Source: SAR202 cluster bacterium bin87 (lineage in GTDB: Bacteria; Chloroflexota; Dehalococcoidia; Lucifugimonadales; UBA3495). Taken from it: 64,000 nt of DNA. Below the pieces are notes generated by a model. It was given only the letters and a program-made list of their open reading frames with translations. It was not told the origin of the DNA and did no database searches. The DNA lies in assembly GCA_002238825.1 (NCBI GenBank), contig MPNC01000013.1:6006-70005 (forward strand), in the 5' to 3' direction. Below are positions 58,298 to 64,000 of the stretch, one piece after another. Every line of letters begins with the position of its first letter. Positions within the stretch are counted from its first letter, which is position 1. A program made the position numbers and the translations under genes.

Positions 58298-58329
58298 CCA
58301 GCAGCGTATACAGTTTTTAACTGCCATCA

Positions 58330-58358
58330 ATACTACCTGCCGGGGTGGTAAATGTCAA
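58330..58358 (-). promoter_or_regulatory. near-consensus sigma-70-type promoter of the S-box leader
   Basis: The minus strand reads TTGACA-17 nt-TAGTAT, about 30 nt upstream of riboswitch P1. Confidence 0.55.
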
Positions 58359-58440
58359 GGCGACGGCGAATTTCGTCGCGCCTCCGCCAGGTTCATGGGC
58401 CCCCAACCCGGAGCGTCCGTCCCTAGGGGCGGCCAGGGAG

Positions 58441-58474
58441 ATTTGCATGGATAGACATGGATAAATCGGATCGA
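58441..58474. repeat. Family C half-element
   Basis: It reads GATTTGCATGGATAGACATGGATAAATCGGATCG. Confidence 0.55.
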
Positions 58475-58729
58475 ACGGGTCCATCAGCGGCGCGTTTGCA
58501 ACCGCAAGCCCACCTGTCTCCTTGCACGTACGAGTTTCATTCGAAATGTCATTGCGACTGGACTTTGTACATTTGACTGATGCCTGGGAGGATGTCCCTG
58601 AGTTGAACGTAAAGTGAGGCAAGGATTTCATGGATGTTGGGTTTCTACCCGGGACATTGGAAAATCCTGCTCTGCAAACGCAACCCAGTAGGCGTGAGTT
58701 CGTCCATGACCCCCCAATTTTGAACAAAG

Positions 58730-59047
58730 TCCAGTGCGAGCGAAGCCCGGCAATCTCATTGGGGCAACGGCGGTCTCTTTCAGCAACGAGATCGCCACGT
58801 CCCTGCGCTCCTCGCGATGACAAACTGGGTACGCGTGAGCGCCCACATCTCCGACGCCTTTTCTACTTGAATCAGGATCTAATCGTATCCAGTGCATCCT
58901 GAATATCCATGCGAAATTGGCTAGGGCCTTTCCAAGGTCATTGCGAGCGCAGCGCGGCAATCTCGTCGGGGCAGGGAACGCTACTGCGGGCACTAGATCG
59001 CTACGTGGCTTCGAGCCTCGCGATTACAGGACGGGTACGCGTGAGGG
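58730..59047 (+). repeat. two family A repeats flanking a family C half-element
   Basis: Family A copies lie at 58730-58842 (5' end degenerate) and 58937-59047. A family C half lies at 58870-58917. Confidence 0.85.
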
Positions 59048-59065
59048 CTCGCCTAGCACGCCGCC

Positions 59066-59911
59066 TCACCAACCCTGCAGGAAGTTGAGCACGTGGGCGG
59101 TGTACTCCTCGGGCTTCTCGAAGGGCACCCAGTGGCCGCAGTTGTTGAGCACCACCAGCCGCGAGTCCTCCAGGTTGTTCAGGGCGGCGATGCCTATTTC
59201 AAAGACGCACATGCGGTCGTAGCGCCCCCAGATGATGAGGCTGGGCGCGGTGATGTTGGGCAGGTCGACGCCGTGGTCGTAGGGCACGCTGACCGACTTC
59301 GCGTCGGCCTCGATGTGGTCGGGGTTGCCGGTGTAGTGGCCGTGGATGTAGTCCACCAGCTCGTCGGTCACCAGCGCGTTGTCGTCGATATGCGTTTGCA
59401 GGTAGCGGCGGACGTTGTCGCGGGTGGGGCTGTCACGCGTCTCCCGCGTGATGATGCTGCCCTCGGAGGGGCGGTTCCCCATGAGGTACAGGTCGCCGCC
59501 GGTGCGGATGTGGCAGGCGCCGAACACCAGCTTGTTGACCCGCTCTGGCTCCTTCATCGCCAGCACCATCGCGGACTGCCCGCCCTGGGAGTTGCCGAGC
59601 AGGTGGGCCTTGTCAATGCCCAGCGCGTCCATCAGTCCCAGCGCGGTGCGGGCCTGCAGGTTGTGCAGCGGCTCGTTGTACACCACCGGCCCGGTGCGCC
59701 CGAAGTTGGGCAGGTCCATGACGATGCAGCGGTAGCGCTCGGCGAAGGCGGGCAGCACCTTGTGGAAGGTGATCCATCCGGTGGTCCCGATTCCGTAGGA
59801 GTGCAGCATGACCACCGGTTCGCCGTCGCCGACGTCGTGGTAGTGCACTGGCATGTCACCGACCATGACGGTCCGGCTGGTGGATGCTTCGGTGAACGCG
59901 GCGGCGGTCAT
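59066..59911 (-). CDS. alpha/beta hydrolase (meta-cleavage-product C-C hydrolase, BphD/MhpC-like)
   Basis: 281 aa. The nucleophile elbow is GNSQGG and the C-terminal His lies in CGHWVPFEKPEE. Confidence 0.7.
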   Translation of the reverse strand: MTAAAFTEASTSRTVMVGDMPVHYHDVGDGEPVVMLHSYGIGTTGWITFHKVLPAFAERYRCIVMDLPNFGRTGPVVYNEPLHNLQARTALGLMDALGIDKAHLLGNSQGGQSAMVLAMKEPERVNKLVFGACHIRTGGDLYLMGNRPSEGSIITRETRDSPTRDNVRRYLQTHIDDNALVTDELVDYIHGHYTGNPDHIEADAKSVSVPYDHGVDLPNITAPSLIIWGRYDRMCVFEIGIAALNNLEDSRLVVLNNCGHWVPFEKPEEYTAHVLNFLQGW

Positions 59912-60109
59912 GTCTGTTGTCCCTCACGGAGGTTGTTGTTGGTTTTGTACATCCTTGGAATGTCTCGAGGATTGTGATGAGACGCCGACCGGCTCCGGGC
60001 TTAGGGACGGTCCAGCCGCATGGCACCGCATTCCGCCACTGATGTTGACGTCCCCGGGGAGACGGTCAAGCTTTCCAAGGCAACAATGACCCGGTGTGCC
60101 GAGAGAGTG

Positions 60110-60805
60110 TCAGGCATTCTGCTTTCTTGCTGAGCGGTGTTCCATGTCTATAGGCCAATCAACCATTCCCATGAACTGTAAGATGTGGGTCGCAAAAAGT
60201 TGTCGCCACAATCGCTGACCTCGGGATTTGTCCAAGAACAGCGCGAGAGTTGAGGTCCCTAACGACACTAGCACAGCGGACAGGACCAGACAAAACGCTG
60301 CGATGGTGAAAACCGCGACAGACAGATCGAGACGGGGTAGAGTGAGGAGAGGTGCAATATAGGTTACGCTAAAGATAGCAATGCTCCACGTTACCACTCT
60401 GGACCCAAACCCACCGAGCACTGCCCCTACTTTTCGAGCCTGCACGGCCTCCTCCATACTGACGGGAGACGTTCCAGGATCAACCGTCGGTCGGAATACC
60501 GTCTGTGGTCCGAACGGCATTCTTGGCCTGTTTGCACGGGCCATCAAGCCACCGACTATTAACAACGGCAGCAGCATTAGCCCTCGGGTTAATGCTACGC
60601 AGCAACCAAGTAACAAAGCCAAAAACGCCCATTCTCCCTGCGGATAGTCCGCGGACCAAAGGATTCCAATCACGGCGGCGATCGTCGGAACCTTGGCTCC
60701 TAAAGCCCAAAGTGGCATCGGCGCGAGCGTTCCGTATTTCGGCGTGGTGCTGCTCCTATGCGCACCCACTTCTGTGAATTCCTGCATAGTCTTCTTCTCT
60801 TGCAA
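60110..60805 (-). CDS. hypothetical polytopic membrane protein (low-GC island gene 2)
   Basis: 231 aa from TTG 60805, or 225 aa from ATG 60787. It has 4-5 hydrophobic segments. I recognise no family. Confidence 0.5.
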   Translation of the reverse strand: MQEKKTMQEFTEVGAHRSSTTPKYGTLAPMPLWALGAKVPTIAAVIGILWSADYPQGEWAFLALLLGCCVALTRGLMLLPLLIVGGLMARANRPRMPFGPQTVFRPTVDPGTSPVSMEEAVQARKVGAVLGGFGSRVVTWSIAIFSVTYIAPLLTLPRLDLSVAVFTIAAFCLVLSAVLVSLGTSTLALFLDKSRGQRLWRQLFATHILQFMGMVDWPIDMEHRSARKQNA

Positions 60806-60859
60806 ATTTTGAGCCCCTAGGTTTGACGGTCAGGGTTCGTACTTCCACGGACATCACCG

Positions 60860-61537
60860 CTAATCGAAAAGCCAAGAAGCCCAAATGACGCTTGCTACGG
60901 TCGTAAGTGAAGATGCGATAAACCCCAAGGCTATGCCTAACCTAAACTTGCCAAACGACAGGACGATCTGGCGTAAGCGTCCTCCGTCTCCTAGCAGATA
61001 CCAGACGTTTCTGTGGTTGGTGAAAAACGTCCCGATGGCGACTGCCACGGCGGCCACGACCAAAGGATGTTCTTCAACGAAGGGGAGCGTTAGTGCTTTA
61101 GCTAATTCGGGTTCATTGGCGTTTGCAATATACGTGCCGGCAAGCAAGATAGTCCCCAGTACCTTGATGTGGGGTTCGAACGTCTTATTTGAACTATTAC
61201 TAGCAGCCTCCAAAGTGGTTAGATATGCCAGAGCGGACACTCTCTTTGACGTAGTGGGGACCTCGGTAGGTATCGACGCGATCCAACCCAGGATTATATG
61301 CAACTTGACGACCGTATGGAGTAGCAGAGCGACCAGACCCCCCATGACGAAGACCCCCAATCCTGCCATGTTAATCCCTTGCCAAATGAGCAGGAACTCG
61401 ATCACCGTGCTGACAGTGAATGCGAACAGCAGAGAGAGCACAAAAAACCCGAGTACTTCCCGTCTCGGGTGTTCCTCCTGAAACAAGGCATTGAAAACCT
61501 CTTCCCACTCGGGGCCAGCCCCGCTGAATCGTCCCAT
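60860..61537 (-). CDS. hypothetical polytopic membrane protein (low-GC island gene 1)
   Basis: 225 aa. AGGTGGA lies 5 nt upstream of the ATG. It has 5-6 hydrophobic segments. I recognise no family. Confidence 0.55.
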   Translation of the reverse strand: MGRFSGAGPEWEEVFNALFQEEHPRREVLGFFVLSLLFAFTVSTVIEFLLIWQGINMAGLGVFVMGGLVALLLHTVVKLHIILGWIASIPTEVPTTSKRVSALAYLTTLEAASNSSNKTFEPHIKVLGTILLAGTYIANANEPELAKALTLPFVEEHPLVVAAVAVAIGTFFTNHRNVWYLLGDGGRLRQIVLSFGKFRLGIALGFIASSLTTVASVIWASWLFD

Positions 61538-61829
61538 TTATTCCACCTTTCCGATGCGCATTAGTTCCGTGACACTCGGTAATCGCAACCTGGGCAATTG
61601 ACTTCATCGCCGAACCTACGGGCGTACGCACAACGATACGCAAATCGTACTTTTCAGATCCGCATCAGCAGATCCCGGGTGTGTTCGGATGGTCTTATGA
61701 TCCACTGCCCACGTTGCTGGACGCAAGTGATTTAAAGGTCTTCCGTACTCTAGCGTATGGATGGACATGGCGCACGGGATGATTGATACTGTCGCCGAAG
61801 CCCTGATTTGACATCACCGGGGGTGTGCG

Positions 61830-63170
61830 ATGGTTGCCGTGGACCGCAAGCACCAGATAATCGACCTCGAAACCGGACAGTTGGACCGGCGCATATTTGT
61901 CGACCCGGACATCTACGCCGAGGAGCAGGAGAAGGTGTTCGGGCGGGCCTGGCTCATGATTGGCCACGAGTCGCTGGTGCCCAACACCAATGATTTCTTC
62001 CACACCTACATGGGCGAGGAGCCGGTGATCCTGTGTCGCGACGGGCGGGGCAACCTGCGGGCCTACCTGAACATGTGCCGCCACCGGGGCAACCGCATCG
62101 TGCGCACTGACGTAGGCAACTCCCGCAACTTCGCCTGCGCCTACCACGGCTGGACCTTTTCCAACGAGGGCGCGCTGGAGTACGTGCCCGGCGACGAGGA
62201 GGCCTACTACGGCGCGCTGGACCGCGACTGCCTGGGCCTGGTGGAGGCGCGGGTCGACACCTACGCCGGCATCGTGTTCGCCACCTGGGACCACGGCGCG
62301 CCCAGCCTGGACGACTACCTGGGCGACGCCCGCTGGCTGCTGGACGTCAGCTTCAACCGGCTGGACAACGGCACCGAGGCCATTGGCCCCATCAAGTGGA
62401 TCGAGCCGCTGAACTGGAAGACGGCGGTGGACAACTGCTCCGACAACTACCACGTGCCCACCACGCACCTGTCCACCATCATCGTGCAGGGGCGGCATCG
62501 CGGCATCCCCCGCCTGACCCACGAGCAGCAGTTCCAGTCGGAGAACAAGCACCTGTTCGTCAACGGCCACTCCCTCACCATGCGGTTCCTGGAGCGCGCC
62601 GACCAGGTCCGCCAGACCCACGGCGTCACCCCCGAGAACCTGGCGGCCTTCGAGGAATACTATCGCGCCACCTTGCCCGAGGCGGAGCGACGGCTGGGTA
62701 GCCTGCGCACCCGGCTGAATCTGGGCAACCATAGCCTGTTCCCCAACGGCGTGTTGGGGCTGCGGCTGGCCCACCCGCGAGGGCCGCTGGAAACCGAGTT
62801 CTGGCACTTCGTCGTGCTGGAAAAGGACATGCCGGACGAGCTGAAAACGGCTTTGCGTCGGGGCAGCGCCAACTACAACGGCGTCAACGGCATCTTCGAG
62901 CAGGACGACATGGACAACTGGCGCGGCGTCACCGAATCAGGCCTGACGCGAATGGGACGCAAGTACACTCAGGACCTCTCCATGGGCGTGGGGCATGATC
63001 GCCGCCATCCCGATTACCCGGGAGTGGTGGCCGGCCGCTACACCTCGGAAAGCAACCAGCGCCTCTTTTACCGCCGCTGGGAGCAGTTCATGAACGCCGA
63101 CAACTGGGAGGACATCCCCCTGGAGCCAAAGGCGATGGACTACGAGGGCACGGCCACGCTGCGCGGGTAG
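61830..63170 (+). CDS. Rieske-type aromatic ring-hydroxylating oxygenase, alpha subunit
   Basis: 446 aa. The Rieske motif is CRHRG...CAYHGW and the mononuclear iron block is DNCSDNYHVPTTH. Confidence 0.85.
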   Translation: MVAVDRKHQIIDLETGQLDRRIFVDPDIYAEEQEKVFGRAWLMIGHESLVPNTNDFFHTYMGEEPVILCRDGRGNLRAYLNMCRHRGNRIVRTDVGNSRNFACAYHGWTFSNEGALEYVPGDEEAYYGALDRDCLGLVEARVDTYAGIVFATWDHGAPSLDDYLGDARWLLDVSFNRLDNGTEAIGPIKWIEPLNWKTAVDNCSDNYHVPTTHLSTIIVQGRHRGIPRLTHEQQFQSENKHLFVNGHSLTMRFLERADQVRQTHGVTPENLAAFEEYYRATLPEAERRLGSLRTRLNLGNHSLFPNGVLGLRLAHPRGPLETEFWHFVVLEKDMPDELKTALRRGSANYNGVNGIFEQDDMDNWRGVTESGLTRMGRKYTQDLSMGVGHDRRHPDYPGVVAGRYTSESNQRLFYRRWEQFMNADNWEDIPLEPKAMDYEGTATLRG

Positions 63171-63213
63171 ACCGGTCATGGCTACCTAGACACGATCCAC
63201 CGCCTCTGAGCGG

Positions 63214-63711
63214 ATGGAACTCTGGCACGAGTTGATGGAGTTCTACATCCGGGAGGCGTGGCTGCTGGACGAGCGGCGGTTCCGGGAGTGGCTGGACCTG
63301 TTCACCGAGGACGTGTTTTATTTCATGCCCCGGCGGCTGAATGTGCATCGCCACGAGACCGACCGGGAACTTACGCCCGTGGGTGACCTGGCCATCTTCG
63401 AGGACGACAAGACCTACCTGACCATGCGCGTGGAACGGCTGGAGACGGGCATGGCATGGGGAGAGGACCCGCCGTCGCGCACCCGGCACATCGTGGGCAA
63501 CCTGGTTGTCGATCCTCAGCCCGACGGCGAGGTACAGGCCAAAACGGCGTTCCTGCTGTACCGCTCCCACCACGAGACCGAGGAAAACCTGTTCTCCGGC
63601 TACCGCGAGGACCTGCTGCGTCCCGTGGACGGTAGCTGGCAGATCGCCCGCCGCACCATCGTCCTGGACAGCAACGTCATCCTGGCCAAGAACCTGAGCG
63701 TATTTTTCTAA
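63214..63711 (+). CDS. aromatic ring-hydroxylating oxygenase beta subunit (NTF2/SnoaL-like)
   Basis: 165 aa, immediately downstream of the alpha subunit. It has the typical EA.LLDE.R..EWL..F..D..Y N-terminus. Confidence 0.8.
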   Translation: MELWHELMEFYIREAWLLDERRFREWLDLFTEDVFYFMPRRLNVHRHETDRELTPVGDLAIFEDDKTYLTMRVERLETGMAWGEDPPSRTRHIVGNLVVDPQPDGEVQAKTAFLLYRSHHETEENLFSGYREDLLRPVDGSWQIARRTIVLDSNVILAKNLSVFF

Positions 63712-63887
63712 CGCTCTCGTCTCCGCGCCGCCGCGTTACTCGACACGACGCGCTGACCGTGCGGCCGGGTACATCCCGCCTTGACCGCCGGTTGGCGTGT
63801 GCTGTACTTTGCCGCTATCAGACATGGCGCTGGTGTCGGGCGAATTTTTCCGGCCCATACGCCTGCCAACACGCATGAGGTAGACAC

Positions 63888-64000
63888 ATGGACTTCGGAA
63901 TCAACGCCAACTTCAACATCGGCGGGCACCCCACCCACGCGGACGCATTCCAGGAAGCCTTCGAGGAAATCGACCTGGCCGAAGAGTTGGGGCTGGATAC
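63888..64000 (+). CDS. LLM-class flavin-dependent oxidoreductase, N-terminal fragment (runs off window)
   Basis: ATG 63888 opens MDFGINANFNIGGHPTHADAFQEAFEEIDLAEELGLD, which resembles LLM N-termini. Only 37 codons are visible. Confidence 0.5.
   Translation, partial: MDFGINANFNIGGHPTHADAFQEAFEEIDLAEELGLD

Noticed and set aside
61170-61200. T-loop-like GGGGTTCGAACG as a tRNA or tmRNA fragment at the low-GC island
   Set aside because: The flanking bases do not form a T-stem, and no acceptor or anticodon arms can be drawn. It lies inside the membrane-protein ORF.

Overview
This is a high-GC bacterial chromosomal window. Gene content and the intergenic repeat types suggest a Chloroflexota-like organism, but that is inference only. 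The centre (about 23.2-44.9 kb, + strand) is an almost complete str/S10/spc/alpha ribosomal-protein supercluster: rpsL-rpsG-fusA, rpsJ to rpsQ, rplN to rplO, then secY-adk-map-infA-rpmJ-rpsM-rpsK-rpsD-rpoA-rplQ-truA-rplM-rpsI. It has no tuf gene, and several ribosomal proteins carry low-complexity extensions. The left flank holds a TlyA 3' end, an RND pump, a PaREP1/HEPN-like gene, a CinA/PncC domain protein, an LLM oxidoreductase, a penicillin-acylase family protein, an orphan beta-class DNA methyltransferase, ComB, an NHL propeller, HemQ, Uma2, NadA, MiaB, tRNA-Ser(GCU), a DctP-like binding protein and a PadR-phasin-phaC-phaE-phaB PHA locus. The right flank is mostly minus strand. It holds CcdA, two RDD proteins, NMO and a phosphohexomutase. 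Next comes a co-directional SAM-cycle/MTA-salvage array: mtnA, an ASST-like propeller, two DUF4234-like membrane paralogs, mtnP, rhodanese, ahcY and metK. A SAM-I (S-box) riboswitch, read directly from the sequence and invisible in the ORF track, heads this array. After it comes an aromatic-catabolism cluster split by a ~1.6 kb low-GC island that encodes two unrecognisable membrane proteins. Intergenic DNA is saturated with at least five families of short structured repeats. The best candidates for something new are the unassigned genes inside the S-box-led salvage array and the low-GC membrane-protein island. No CRISPR array, transposase or phage gene was seen. All family assignments come from reading motifs by eye and need HMM/BLAST confirmation.
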